Origin: Eledone cirrhosa
Taxonomy: Eukaryota
NCBI GenBank assembly: GCA_964016885.1
Contig: OZ024744.1
Span: 86,862,001 to 86,926,000, forward strand
DNA length: 64,000 bases
Direction of reading: 5' to 3'
In this document: piece by piece, positions 13,100 to 27,555 of the stretch
Position numbering within the stretch: position 1 is the stretch's first letter
Layout of the letters: each line of letters starts with the position of its first letter
Made by a program: the position numbers and the translations under genes
The notes under the pieces: generated by a model
What the model was told of the DNA's origin: nothing
What the model saw: only the letters and a program-made list of their open reading frames with translations
The model's database searches: none

Positions 13100-14440
13100 A
13101 CAGAACAACTAACTTTGATGAAATACCGCCTGGGGTATGGAAAGCCAAACAATTTAATGATATTCTCTCTCTCTAAGTTCTGCAATGACGTATATAGTCA
13201 AAACAATATAGAAACATGGACTAAAGGCTGTATTCTCAATGTCTCCAAAAAGTGAAAATGTTATAACTCTTTGCTGCTTAACCCCATACGTCCAGAAATA
13301 GAAAAATATAGGACAAAAATTCAAAATGGCTTTCGAAGAGGACGATCAACTTCCAATCAAATCTTAGCCGTTCGCATAATTCTTGAACGTGTGAAAGCTA
13401 AAAATCTAAATGCTGTTCTATTATTAGTCGTTGATTTCTCGAAAAAATATTCTATTCGATTCATAAACGTAAAATGCAAGATACGCTGCTAGCCTATGGT
13501 ATATGGAAGTGAAACATCGACGCTTTCCTCCAAACAACAAAAGCGCCTTCATGGCACTTACACTCGCCTGCTTCAACGCATCAGAACATTAGCTGGCGAC
13601 ATCTGACTTTGAGAGAGATATATACCGGCCTCCCATACGACGTTGTACGTAAAAGGAGAGTAACATGTGCTGGCCACTGCCATCGTTCCACCTACGAGGC
13701 TGTGTCCCCATTAGTGCTTTGGAAAGTACAATCAGTCACTAATAACATTTTGTAGAAGGTCTCTTATCCCGATGTCATCTCCAGAGATTCTGGTATTGAA
13801 ATCCAGGATTTGGCAACGGCAATGAACAACAGATCCACGTGGAGATCAATTGTTGAGTCCATTCTGGCTGAGGCCGCCGGATGATGATGATGGTTTACCA
13901 AATGATACTCTACAAAATCACATATTCAATGATACTATCTCCAGATGGTGATACTGATTTCGATGAAATTATTGCAGGAGTGCTACAAGGTAGTACTTTA
14001 GCACCCTACATTTTCATCATTTATTGGTATTACGTTCTCAGAACTTCTGTCGATACTATCAAAACAATGGATTCACACTATATCTATGAATGAGTAATAC
14101 CTTGTTGAAAGCAGACGGAGATTACGCTGAGGAATTAATGATACTCTCCGTTCTAATAAGCCAAGCAGAGACCCTCCACTATTGTCTTGAACATTGACCG
14201 AAATGTATTGATCTCCATGTTAACTCTGTTAAATTTAAATCAAACTGGAACAGTCCAAACAGTACCCGGCTCAGCTGTGTAGAAGAATTTGCCTATTTGT
14301 GTAGTAAAGTCTGTAGTTGCGAAAGCGATGTAAACGCATGCATTGGTAAGGTATGGGTGTACCAGCTATAAGTTATATCTAGAGTGAAAATCTAGACTGC
14401 AGACCATATGAAAAGGAACAATCTTTCAAGCAACTGTTAC
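13100..14440 (+). mobile_element. Old RTE/RTEX LINE RT fragment with a nested RTEX 3'-end insertion (~13503-13890)
   Basis: LLNPIRPEIEK..QNGFRRGRST..QIL and GVLQGSTLAPYIFII. The insert ends GGCCGCCGG(ATG)n and has a homologue at 37280-37625 (-). Confidence 0.75.
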
Positions 14441-14444
14441 CTCT

Positions 14445-14825
14445 CATCAATAAATAGCCTGAAACACCAACCCCTATTCCTATGACCAATATGGCCCTTT
14501 TTCTCCTAGTCCACTCCTACCCACTAATCTTTCCTATCAACAACCATACTACTTCCTTTTTCTGACCCCGTGCCTATCCATACACACTTATCATTGTCTG
14601 GCCTCCCACTTTCTCTATCAGACCAGTTTACTACTAAAGCCCTACCAAGAACAGTGCTCTATTTCGTTACACCCTACAAATATTACTACACACTTGAAAA
14701 TAATACATAAGCCAAAACCACTTGACGCCGTGGTCGGCATGTTACATATCTCTATATCCATTCTGTATCTCCCCATGTATTGAGTATTCCCATGATTGGT
14801 GGTCTCCTCGGTTTAGGCACCACAT
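14445..14825 (+). mobile_element. Probable Penelope-like 3'/pLTR remnant
   Basis: Ends GTATTGAGTATTCCC...GGTGGTCTCCTCGGTTTAGGCACCAC, similar to the reverse complement of the GTGGTAAGGAACC family leader; abuts (CT)/(TA) repeats. Confidence 0.4.
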
Positions 14826-14934
14826 ACTCCCCCCCCTCTCTCTCTCTCTCTCTCTTACTATATTTATATACATTTATATATATATCAATCTGTTTATCTA
14901 TCAATATATCTATCTATAAATCTCCCCCTCTCTC

Positions 14935-15027
<93 letters not shown>

Positions 15028-15059
15028 GTTAATATATATGTCTATCTATCTAAAATGAA

Positions 15060-18000
15060 AAATTTCATAACGATGTAGGTAATCCCTGCGTCAAACCCTA
15101 CAATCGAGTCCTGTTAAAATGTTTCTCCATCCCACCAGACACCCCCTCCCCACCAAACATCTCTGTCCCCACCCCTCCAGAGACCACCACCCCACCAAAC
15201 AACCTCTCCAACACCCCCCATGGAAATTGTGCAGCCTGTTCCCCAGGAGAGGAAGAGGTGAATGATTTCTTTTCCTCTTCTTTTAAATTTTCAACCCCAA
15301 CATGGCCAATATAAGAGTTGCATGCGTGAATGTACGCGGCCTGGGGATGCCCTGGAAACAGGGCAAACTCTTAAACGACTTCAGGTCGAACAGTATGGAT
15401 GTAGTAGCCATTTGCGAGTCCCGGATCAACAGCGAGCGACAACTGGCCTCCATCTTCGACGACTTTGAGATCTACGCATCTCTCTGTTAGCCGGGAGGTG
15501 GGGGGTGGGGTTACTGTTTTGCTGCGGAAACACCTGGACCTCGTAACACAGACGGTACATCTGGACCCGGAGGGTCGACTGGTGGTCCTAGACGTTGACG
15601 GTAGTGAAGGTGGAGCCTTCAGGCTGGTGGCCGCATATGCCCCATCCGGGACACCGCGCCCAGACTTCTTCAAACGTCTAGAGACTTTTCTAGGAACATC
15701 CCGCTCCCTGCTGTTAGTGGGGGACTTGAATGGAATCCTATGTGCACGTTGGGAGTATGTGCGAGCATGTCCCGATAGAGGGGGGTGTAACAGCCTCAAA
15801 CAGTTAATCGGCCGATTTGACCTGGCCGATGGATATCGACTAGATTTTCCGACTGTGCCACTGTGGACGTGGACTAATCGTAGCGGAATATCTAGATCGT
15901 ACCTAGATAGGGTTCTAGTCAGAAAGAAGGATAGGGACACGTTAAGCTGTCCACAAATGTTCATGGTTGCCTATTCAGATCACAAATTAGTGACCTGCTT
16001 AGTCAACCTTGTCAAAACCCATAGATAGGGACCCGGCTACTGGAAGCTGAACTTGTCATTACCGACATGCAAAGTCTACAGTAGACGGATTAGCACTTTA
16101 GTTAAGCAGCACTTGACGGGGGCCATTGTCAACAACAGATGGTGGTACTCTCTCAAGAGGGCAGTTAGATTAGACTCGATAGGTTTTAGTAAAGAATTAG
16201 TGTTAGATAGAATTAAGACCGACAAGTAACTGGTAGATAAAGTAGAAGAGGCACTTAGGAGTGGCAACGTAGCCAGACGAGAACGGCCTTGGACCAGTTC
16301 TTCGACGCAAAGCATGAAGGCTGCGTTGTCAGAAGCAAAATACGTGCTCTGGGAAACGAGGGAGCCAAAGCTGTTAGCTGGGCCCGAGTGACGGAGGCGA
16401 AAATTGGCAACAAGTCCACGATTCGGTCTTTGAAGGACCAAGACGGACGCGTGATACGTGATCCGAAGCAAATGAGCGCGGCCTTTCAGCGGCACTTTGC
16501 TCAACTGTTTGGGCAGGGCGGCGCGCTGGGAGGGGCTATGGATTTTGGTTCATACCTCGACGGCCTACCGCGACTCTCGGACAGCGAGGCGAAGTTCTGC
16601 GAAAGGCCGATTTCGGCCGCTGAGACAGGGAACGCGCTGAGCCAATGCGGCAAACGCAAATCTCCAGGTTTCGACGATCTACCCTACGAATTTTACGTAG
16701 CAATGCCGTACTTGTTCTCCGGTCTCCTGGAAGCGGTCTACTGCAATTGGCAGCATAACGGGAGAATTCCAAGTTCTGTGACCAAGGGCGTAATCACGTT
16801 AGTCAGGAAGGACGAGAACAAGGGGTATGACATAGGCAACTTCCGGCCCATAACTCTGGTCAACAGAGAGTTACAGATTTTGGCCAAGGTGTTGGCGAAG
16901 AGGCTGGCGCTTGTCGTCGAAAACCTGGAGGGAGAAGCGCAAACATGCGCAATCCCGACCAGGTCCATACACGACAACCTCCACCTCATGCGATACATCA
17001 TAGAGAGGGTAGGGTGTAAACCCGGCTTCGGTGGGGCCCTGATCAACTTGGATCAGTCTAAGGCTTTCGATAGGGTTGACCATTGTTACCTGGATGCGGT
17101 GCACGAGGCGGCAGGCTTCGGTCCCGTGTTTAGGGGCTGGATTGATGCAATGGACAACAGCAGTATCTGCTCAATGGTCTAGGTGAACGGCTACATCTCG
17201 GAGCCGTTCAATCTCACGCGATCCATCCAACAGGGATGCCCTCTCTCCTCCCTTCTGTACGAACTACCTCTCGAGCCGCTACTGCGGAGTTGGAGCTACT
17301 GCGAAAAGCGGCGTCGGCCTACGCCGACGACGTAACAGTGATGGTGTCGAGCACCTTGCAAATCGAGGAGTTCGGCACCTTATTGGAGGAATACGAAAGT
17401 TTCACAGGAGCGAAGCTGAACCGGGACAAGTCCATCGGTTTGCAACTCGGATCGTGGAGAGGCAGACCGATGCCTTCCGATGACGTCGTCGGACGATGGA
17501 CGGGAGGACCGGTAAAGCTGCACGGGGTCTGGTTTGGTCCTGACCTCCAGGTGGAGAAGAACTGGAAAGAGGTGACGGCCAAGGTCTTTGCGCTCACCCA
17601 GAAGTGGGCCGAGCGCAAACTATCCTTGAAAGGTCGAGCGGAGGTGGCGAACACTTTTATAGCGTCCGTCATCTACTACCGCTTGACCGTTGTGCCTTGT
17701 CCAGCCAAAACGCTCACCAAAATGGAGCGCGCGCTCTTCCAATTCCTTTGGAAGAAACGAGCTCCTTTGGTGAGAAGATCCATCTGCTGCCAACACCCTT
17801 CAAACGGAGGGCTGGGGAAGCCGTCGCTGATGATGCGCAAACACGAGCTCAGGCTGCAGCACCTCCACGTATTACTCACCAGACAACCGGTGTGGGCCCC
17901 GTTCGTGAGGCAATCCTTCCGATGACTCGTCTCGCTGACCTGGGTCAAGCAAAGACCGAGGAAAATGGGCGACTGGCACATCGAATGTGCTCAGGCCCTC

Positions 18001-18922
18001 ACAGTCCTCTGGCAAACCGGCCCGTCGATCAGTGGTGACTCCACTTCGACATTCTATAGATGGTTGGTCCGCAGCAAGTGCAACGACACGCTCGGAGAAA
18101 CTCTAGGCGTAGAAGAGGACGAACTGGCCAGTCTGTTCGGTAGCACCTCCCGCCTGGGACCAATGGACAACTTCCAAAAGTCCCTGGCCTGGCAGTGCTA
18201 CCGAGGAGCTCTACCAGTTCGAGACAAGCTCTACAGACCCGGGCGCCCGGGTAGGGACCCATCGAAAAAGATCTGTCCGAGATGCGTGCGCGACGAGGAA
18301 ACCGTCGCACACGCATTTTTACCCTGCCGCGGCGTTACCGACCTGTGGGGCTATGTAGAACGACTATTGTCGCGGGTGGGACCGATCCAGTTGACCACCG
18401 AGTCCATTGTCATGATCAAACCGCCACCCTCCTTCAAAAATGAGGGAGAGGCGGTTTTCCTATGTTTTATGGCTATGGTGAAAGAGGTTATATGATGGAC
18501 GAGGTTAAAAGGGCTGAGGTCAGACACCTTTCTCTCCGGTGAGCAACTGATTCGTTTCTTCAAATATCATTTTGGAAGAAGAATCAGGATGGAGAGATGG
18601 GTGCTGTACCACAGCAAATGTTATAAAAGGTTGGTGAATGTGGCAAAGATGGCCCGAGTGGTTGGGCCTTTTCTCTATATAAGCCTGTAGGTTGAGGAAA
18701 AAGAGGAAGAGAAGAAGGGAGTACTCACTTTTGGTGCTCCTGGAGATAAGGGTTGTACATTTTTTCGGGGCGTGTACAGCCCCTGTGTAACACCTCCCCC
18801 GTTATTGGGGATTTCAATTGTTATTTGTTATTGTAATAATAGTTTTATTTTCATATACTTGTATGTAAACTCCCCATTTGTATTTGTCCCCTTCTTTTGT
18901 GCCCTTGTGGCTAATAAAGAAA
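15060..18922 (+). mobile_element. Tx1-clade LINE, 5'-truncated in ORF1; ORF2 15302-18690 disrupted
   Basis: MANIRVACVNVRGL (APE), SDHKLV, PGYWKLN, KSPGFDDLP, LDQSKAFDRV, AYADDVT, CPRC..ETVAHAF; 3' end GCCCTTGTGGCTAATAAAG. Confidence 0.92.
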
Positions 18923-19361
18923 TGTATCTATATATTTATCATGCGTATGCTATTGGGCGTTAGGCTTTGTTTTTGTTATTGTTGTAATACTCCCAAGAAA
19001 CATCAAGATACATTCTTAAATTTGCATTAATAAATAACGATAGATTGACAGTCAAATAGTCAGACAGTCAGACATAAATAGTTAGAAAGGCCAATACATA
19101 GAGAGAAAAATAGATGAATAGAGCAATAAATAGATAAATAGAGAATTATATACAGGTAAATGGATAGATGAAGACTGTAATTATTGTCTGAAGATGGCTG
19201 AAAACATAGGTAGGAAACTATAGAGAACTACTGCTTGTCCATCGAACACCTTGTCGAACTTATGAGTTAGCGAGGAGGTTACCAAACAAATCAACATTTG
19301 TCGATGTCAAAGCTATCAGAAAATGGACACCACTTGACATATGTATTTTCTTATATATATA

Positions 19362-20213
<852 letters not shown>

Positions 20214-20408
20214 CGAAGGAAGTGTGGTAAGGAACCCGGTGGACCATAACGCACCAGAGTACTCAATACTTAGGGTAGTAAAGTGGGTAATAGGAAAATG
20301 TTCAAGACTCCGACGGCAGAGCTCAAGCTGTTTCGACGGCTATTTCTGGTCGTCCATAAATAGCTGTAGAAACGGCTTGAGCTCTGCCGTGGGGGTCTTG
20401 AACGTTTT

Positions 20409-20413
<5 letters not shown>
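20214..20413. mobile_element. Fold-back element, GTGGTAAGGAACC family, copy 2
   Basis: Same leader; imperfect hairpin 20290-20413; (TA)n on both sides. Confidence 0.7.
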
Positions 20414-20457
<44 letters not shown>

Positions 20458-20538
20458 TTATTTATATATGTATATATATATATACATATATATATATGTA
20501 TATATATATACATATATATATGTATATATATATATATG

Positions 20539-20569
<31 letters not shown>

Positions 20570-20584
20570 GTATATATATATGTG

Positions 20585-20658
<74 letters not shown>

Positions 20659-20699
20659 TATATGTGTGTATATATATATGTATATATATAATAATAATA

Positions 20700-23435
20700 C
20701 TATTTGTAGTTATGTATATAGTATAAACAACCACAAACAGGAAGGTCAGTAATTTCTTAATAACCTTATTACCAGTAAGGGAAATAGCTCAATTTATGAA
20801 CATCAGTTGTTTTACAGAGCAGTTAAATCAATAAATTATACAATTATCAAAGTTGTGTTCAAATCATTTAATAGCTGACAATCGTTTCTTCCAAACTCTC
20901 GTTTGGAATCATCGGAGCATTATCAATGTTTGCACACATAACTCACCTCCTATTCAACTGAACAATAATATAGATACATATAAATTTATGTTGTGAGCAG
21001 CTGTTTCGTATTTACAGGGTTGAATGGATGCGACATATATTTTACGAGAATTGTACCATAAGTGTACAAGCATTCAAGTTCAAATTAAAATTAAAATCAA
21101 AATTAAATTAAAATCAAAATCAAAATCAAAATCAAAAGCACGGAGTGTGAATACATGCGACAGTTAAACAAGGGAACAGTCCAAATATTAAAGAGGCATT
21201 GAGGAAGCAGTTTTGAGAAAGGAAGAGTGCGATAACAATTCATATGCAGGCGTGTGGATATTGTGACTGCGTAAGTCATATACATGAGAAGGAGACAAGC
21301 AAAGCTATTATGCATATATAGATGAATAAATACTGCAGTTAAAGCAATTGTGTTAATGTATTAGAGTCTATGGTAGGTGTTGGATGTTTATGGTGTTCGA
21401 ATTAATGTGTTGAGAAACATACAGTTTTTGCAGACTTTTCCATGACATATGTTGAAATAACTTTAGTTGGTGTTTATATTGAGTGTTTTAAGTTAGTTAG
21501 AGCAATGGATTGTAAATTAGTCTTAATGAATTCATATTCATAGACTATATTTGATCAAAATTTTCAATCGTTAATTTCCGGAAGTGAATAAGGGGAGCTA
21601 ATGCGTAAGGGGAGGTAACTAGCTTATTAAGTTCAGTTCAGTTATTAAAATTCTTTGTTCCAATACACAATATAATGTGATACCATTGGATCTCTGTTAC
21701 TTAACCCTGTATATTTATGCCTGATTTTACAATATAGTGTATCATACATTAAAGGTTTCTTTAGATTGTTATCTATTCGTTCCTGGACAAGGTATATGTC
21801 ATGAAGGATCATACAGCTGTTAATATTTCATAATAGATCTGCTACATGTGCAATAACATCATCCCTAACGTAGAATGCTATCACATTTTTTATTTTATTA
21901 TAAGTTCATATATTATTTTGTGCAATTTAATCATTTACTTATGCAACCATAAATGCACATATAGTCCATCATCATACATTTCATTAAATGTATCTACATA
22001 CCAAGTGCCAAATATCCATTACTGCATATGATATAATTAATCTATTGTAGTTATATCACAAGGTGGTAACTCTATGTCTAATTCTAACTGTTATTGCAGA
22101 GCATAAGGTTAGAGATGAATATGAGTTGTGCAGCGGAAAGAGTTGGTCGAGGGGTTTGTGGTTGTGGGTGCTGCTAAGTCCTTGATATGTAGTGTTAATA
22201 GTGGTGGAGGATTCAAATCTGACATTGTTGTATACTAACAGATAGGTTTAAAGTTATGGAACGAGTGTCTGTAGAGGTGTTGGCACGAGGAAAATGTCTC
22301 TGACTTTCTATTAAGGAGGCCTAGCTTCGAAAAGATGATAGTATGGGTCTCCAGAAGGCAGAGATTACACAATTTATTCGGTGGTTATACGACGAGGCCC
22401 TACCTACTACTTCCCATTGTAGTGTAAATGGTCTATTCCTAGTTTTCATAGAGTGTATGTAGCTAAATAAAGAAGTGGAGCTGGCTAGATTGTGTTTTTT
22501 GAAAGAGTAGAGTTGCGAGTTATTTCTCGTCTTGAAGTTGTTCGAAGTAGAACCTATATATGTTTTAGAAGAGTTGTTTGCGTTGACGGTGTATGAGTAG
22601 ATGATGTCTTTGGTTAAACAATTATTACCTAAGGGGCAAGTTCTATTAGTTCTACAGTTACATTTTTCTGGGTGTTAGCTTGCCGGTTCCTATGTTGTGA
22701 AGAATTCTGGTTGCTAGGGGTAGCATTAGGGTAATGATGCCTATCATTCGTAGTGTTATTGATTTCATTAGTGCTATTATCATTATTACCAATATTACTA
22801 CCATTGTTTACAGGTACTAAGTTTACCTCTTGTGTTTTAATTAGTTGGAAATAGCTATTAATCTTCCTTTTATTACTACTAGCTATATGGTATGCTATGT
22901 TAGGTGTGGTGGAGTACGATATTTTAATTGTATTTTTATTGATAAGGCTATGGTACTTGTGGCCGGTTGGGAAGTTTTTTTCTAAGATTGAGAAGAAAGC
23001 CTTAGGCAAGTTGGAAGAGACGTTTAGATTGAAAGGGGGATTGAAGAATGTATTAGTTCTCCTATTTTTGTTTATAGTATTGTTTTATGAGGTATTTATA
23101 TCCCTGCTTATATTATTATTGAGGTGTTTACTTTGGTGCGAGTTAAGTTTGGTATTAATCTTCGTCCTAGAGTTATAGTGGCTAGTGTTTTGATTATTTT
23201 CCTCATGGCCATATTATGAGAAATAATGTTGTAACTATGTGATTTTATAGGTAGGAATTCAATCTCATTCTTATGTCCTAATTTAGCTAAGGCTTCATTA
23301 TAGTATTGTGAATTATTGTTGAATATAGTTTCATTATATGATAGATTAGAGATTCTATTAGATATTCCTTTGGTAATGGAGTTTAATATGGATTTAGGGT
23401 GGTTAGAGTTGGTGTTCACATAAAGTAGTTTTTCG
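20700..23435 (-). mobile_element. Penelope-like element (Naiad-type), 5'-truncated: RT C-terminus, GIY-YIG endonuclease, long 3' UTR
   Basis: Minus strand SNHPKSIL..ISNRISNLS; FFNPPF..FP....NKNTIKISYS.TPN; KCNCRTNRTCPLGNNCLTKDIIY..YIG..FKTR; CNLCLLE..LLNRKSE..CQH (frameshifted, ends ~22235). Lies between (TA)n tracts. Confidence 0.88.
20869..20922 (-). ncRNA. Type I hammerhead ribozyme in Penelope 3' region (core U4C variant)
   Basis: taatGCT CCGATGA TTCCAAAC-gaga-GTTTGGAA GAAAC gatt GTC AGCtatta: 8-bp stem II, GUC site. Penelope pLTR hammerheads are established. Confidence 0.75.
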
Positions 23436-23451
23436 TATATATATATACATA

Positions 23452-23488
<37 letters not shown>

Positions 23489-24329
23489 TAAGTGTGTTTG
23501 CGTGTGTATGTATATGTATGTCTACATATGTGCGTGTTTATGATTTTGGCAGCTAATAATATGTTAGTGATAATTACATGAATTACATTGTTTCACCAAT
23601 ATTGGCAGACATGGTAAACAAAATTCTATATGTAAGAATGCATTGAAACATGGAAATTCGTAAGCACATGGGAACCACTTTATTCCTGTGATGAATATTT
23701 ATCGTTATTTTTATTCTCGTTCTTTCCCTTTACTATTTCTTTTCCTTAGTACACTATACCAATTATAATTTCCATATTTGTATAATTTTCTATCATGCCA
23801 AATGTCACATATAACAAATTCATTGCTACTTTTCACAGTGGTATTGAAACATACAATCACATGTATGAATGCATAAATACATACAAAAATACAAATATAC
23901 ATACATATATATATATACGTACACACATACATACATGCAAACATACATACATAACAAATACAAACACATACATACACACATATGCACGTACGCACATACA
24001 TATACATACGCACATACACACACATACATGTCCACATGCATACATACGTACACTTATATACATACATACATAAATACATAGAAACATACATACTTACGTA
24101 CAAATTAAAAAGAAAAGACCAGCTAAATTTAGTGTTGAACAACGCTAATTCAGATGAAACACGCAGACCATAGAGAGAATGAAGTTCTTGAAGAATACCA
24201 CCATGCAATCTAGGAACAAGAATGCGCCCTTCTTCCAAGTACTTACTGTAGAACATAGGAAACTCATCATTTGGAGAAAAGAAATGAAGGCTATTCAAAA
24301 TAAAGACTAAAGATGTTAAACACAACTGT

Positions 24330-24800
24330 GAAGAAAGGACCTCTCTTTACTACCTTTCCATAAGTCATGATATTCTAGAAACCAGCACTAAATTAAATTA
24401 CAACAGGCATGATATTGTTGTTAAAGGAACATGCTCTGTAGTAGATGTCAGCTGCTCAAATATACAAGAGAAAGAACGCGTCTACAAACCATTGACTAAG
24501 AGTTTGAAGATCCAGTACCCAAAATGCATGCTAACTTTCATGTATTTTGTCACTGGGGTTACATCAAATATACCAACTCGCCTGGACCAAAGTATGATTG
24601 AACATAGATTTGTAGAGACAGAACGCAGCTCCTTAATTCATAAGCCAGGATCTCTGGAACCTTCAAAGTAGGGGAAACATTCTTTCGATTCAAAAGACTA
24701 ACGATTAAACAAAGAATGACAAATATTTCCTTTTCTTCAGAACTTTCCCACTGGGGAGGGCGGCCGGTCAAAAATAAACTCAAAATTTATAGATAAAGAG
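24330..24800 (+). mobile_element. Decayed 3' end of RLE LINE family C
   Basis: Homologous to 55937-56386 and 32519-32755 (3' UTR GGCCGGTCAAAAAT..ACTC.AAATT); (CATA) tail followed by (TAA)n 24821-24881. Confidence 0.65.
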
Positions 24801-24815
24801 AACATAAATACATAC

Positions 24816-24883
<68 letters not shown>

Positions 24884-24929
24884 GAATGTATCTATAAAAA
24901 CATTTGAAAAACATTTGAAAAACATTTGA

Positions 24930-25286
24930 AAAATTGAGCAAGTATAAGGACCTGGAGATAGAAATTGGAAAAATGTGGAAATTGAGAACTAAAACAATAC
25001 CAGTGGTTGTAGGCGCTCTGGGAATGATACCTAAGGGGTCTAACGACTACTTATCGCAAATCCCAGGAAACCCGCGTATAGGAGAAATACAAAAGATAGT
25101 ACTAATGGGAACTGCCCATATACTAAGGAAGATCCTGTCAATATAAGTACATCACAAGTCTAAACACTAAGGATGCATGTGTGAATATGTGTGTTCTTTC
25201 TTGAACATGGCGGACCTTGTTGTCTCTTGAGGTCACTGGTTGTGACTTGGTGATAACTCGTATAAACATAAAGCAAGATAAATGCA
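24930..25286 (+). mobile_element. 3' fragment of another R4/Dong subfamily
   Basis: KYKDLEIEIGKMWK..IPVVVGALG..EIQKIVLMGTAHILRKILSI (RLE C-terminus); (TAA)n tail 25287-25319. Confidence 0.85.
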
Positions 25287-25319
<33 letters not shown>

Positions 25320-27517
25320 CCCTGGTGATGTGCAGGGGTATTGGATTAAACATTTAACATCCCTCCACCCGAAGCTGACGGCCATGTTCAATGACTGCTT
25401 GGTGTCGGGTGAGGTGCCAGAGTGGTTGACAAAAGGTACCACAGTTCTGATAATGAAAGACCGAATCAAGGGTAATGATGTTACCAACTATAGACCTATC
25501 ACATGTCTGCCCGTAATGTGGAAACTGTTGACGAGCATTGTGTCTGAGGAAATCTACCATCACCTCCACACAAACAACTTGTTGCCGGACGAACAGAAAG
25601 GATGCCGAAAGAAGTCACGTGGTACAAAGGACCAGTTGCTTATTGATAAGATGGTAATGGGGAATTGCAGGAGGAGACACACTGATCTTGCCATGGGATG
25701 GATAGACTACAGAAAGGCATTTGACATGGTGCCTCATTCCTGGATCACCAAAAGCCTGGAGATCTTCAGGGTGGCAGATAACATCAGACAGTTGCTGGGC
25801 AGGAGTATGGGGTCCTGGGAGACAGAGTTGACATCAACTGGAGTATCCTTGGGAAGCGTGAAGATCAAGAGAGGTATCTTCCAGGGAGATAGCCTGTCCC
25901 CTCTGTTGTTTGTCCTTGCCCTGATGCCCTTGACCATTATGCTGCGAAAAGTGAGAGCAGGATACAAGTTGGGAAGGGGAGAGCTTACCATCAATCACCT
26001 CCTCTTCATGGACGATCTTAAGCTCTTCGGGAAAAGTGAGAAGGAGTTGGATGTGCTTGTTGACACTGTCCGTATTTTCAGCAGTGATATATGTATGCAG
26101 TTTGGTATTGGTAAATGTGGAGTCATTGTGATGAGGAGGGGTAGGTTGAGCAGAAGTAACGGGATCCAGATACCAACAGGTGAGATGATAAAGGAAATTG
26201 ACTCTGAGGAAGGATACAAGTATTTGGGCGTTCTGGAGGCTGATGGCATAAAGAACAAAAAAATGAAGGAATTGTTAAGAACTGAATACATTCGGAGAGT
26301 AAGGAGCGTATTGAAGTCACATCTGAACAGCAGAAATGCCATAAGCGCAGTAAATTCCCGAGCTGTGTCTATTATTAGGTACAGTGCGGGAATTCTGAGA
26401 TGGAATGTTGCTGAACAAAAAGAAATGGATAGGAAGACTAGGAAGCTATTGACTATCTACAACATGTTCCACAAGAGGAGTGATGTCGATAGACTCTACC
26501 TAAGGAGATCTGAGGGTGGAAGAGGTCTTATCAGCATAGAGGACTGTGTTCAGATGGAGAAAAACAACCTATACAAATACGTGACCTATAGTAAGGAGCC
26601 AATGCTCAGAGCTGTACTGAAGGAGGGGACAGTAGGCCAGGGGATATCCAAGGAGGAAATAACATCAAGGAGGAAGAGCAGCCTTAAGGGAAAATCCCTT
26701 CATAGTACCTTCTTTGAGAAAACTGAATTTAGAGATCCACAGACATGGAACTGGTTGAGAAGAGGAGACCTCAAAAAGGCTACAGAAGGAATGCTAATGG
26801 CTGCGCAGGAGCAGGCCCTCAAAACGAAGTGGTTGAAGCACCATATCTACAAGGAGGAGGCTAGCCCACTGTGCAGGATCTGTGGAGAGATAGAGGAGAC
26901 TGTGGCTCACATTGTGTCCGAGTGTAAACACCTAGCCCAGACCCACTATAAGGGCTGGAGACACGATGTGATGGGCAGGGTGATCCACTGGCACCTGTGC
27001 AAAGTAAACAATCTACCACATTCTGAGAAATGGTATGAGCATAGGCCAGAGGCGGTGATGGAGAACAGTCAGGTGAAGGTGCTGTGGGATTTTAGGATAC
27101 AGACGGACAAAAAACTGGAACACAATAGACCTGACCTGGTGGTTGTGGACAAAGAAAAAAGATCGTGCCTGATTGTGGATGTGGCCTGCCCGTTCGACAC
27201 GAGAGTGCAAGAGAAGGAGAGGGAGAAATTAACCGATACCAGGACCTAAAGTGGGAGGTGAAAAGGATTTGGAACTGCCATGAAGTCAAAGTGATCCCGA
27301 TTGTCATAGGCGCACTGGGGACTATCTCCAAAGGTTTCCAGGGATGGTTAAAGAAAATCGGCCCCTTCACGCTTTTTGGAACGCTTCAAAAGGCATGCTT
27401 GCTTGGAACGGCAAGAACCCTCCGATACGTCCTGAATATCTGAGGCTGCAGGTAGTGGCTTGATATTCAATCCAACGGACTTTCCAGTTAACCAACATCA
27501 ATGACTGAGATTCAAGG
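25320..27517 (+). mobile_element. R4/Dong-type LINE copy 2, 5'-truncated, ORF nearly intact
   Basis: About 94-95% identical by eye to copy 1 from position ~691. RT and RLE motifs present, with one 1-bp deletion ~27228. (TAA)n on both sides. Confidence 0.95.
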
Positions 27518-27555
27518 AATAACAATAACAATAATAATAATAATAATAATAATAA

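Noticed and set aside
25282-25319. N-terminus MQIIIIIII of the 655-aa ORF as a fusion or signal peptide
   Set aside because: Chance read-through of the (TAA)n tract in the ATA frame, upstream of a 5'-truncated LINE.
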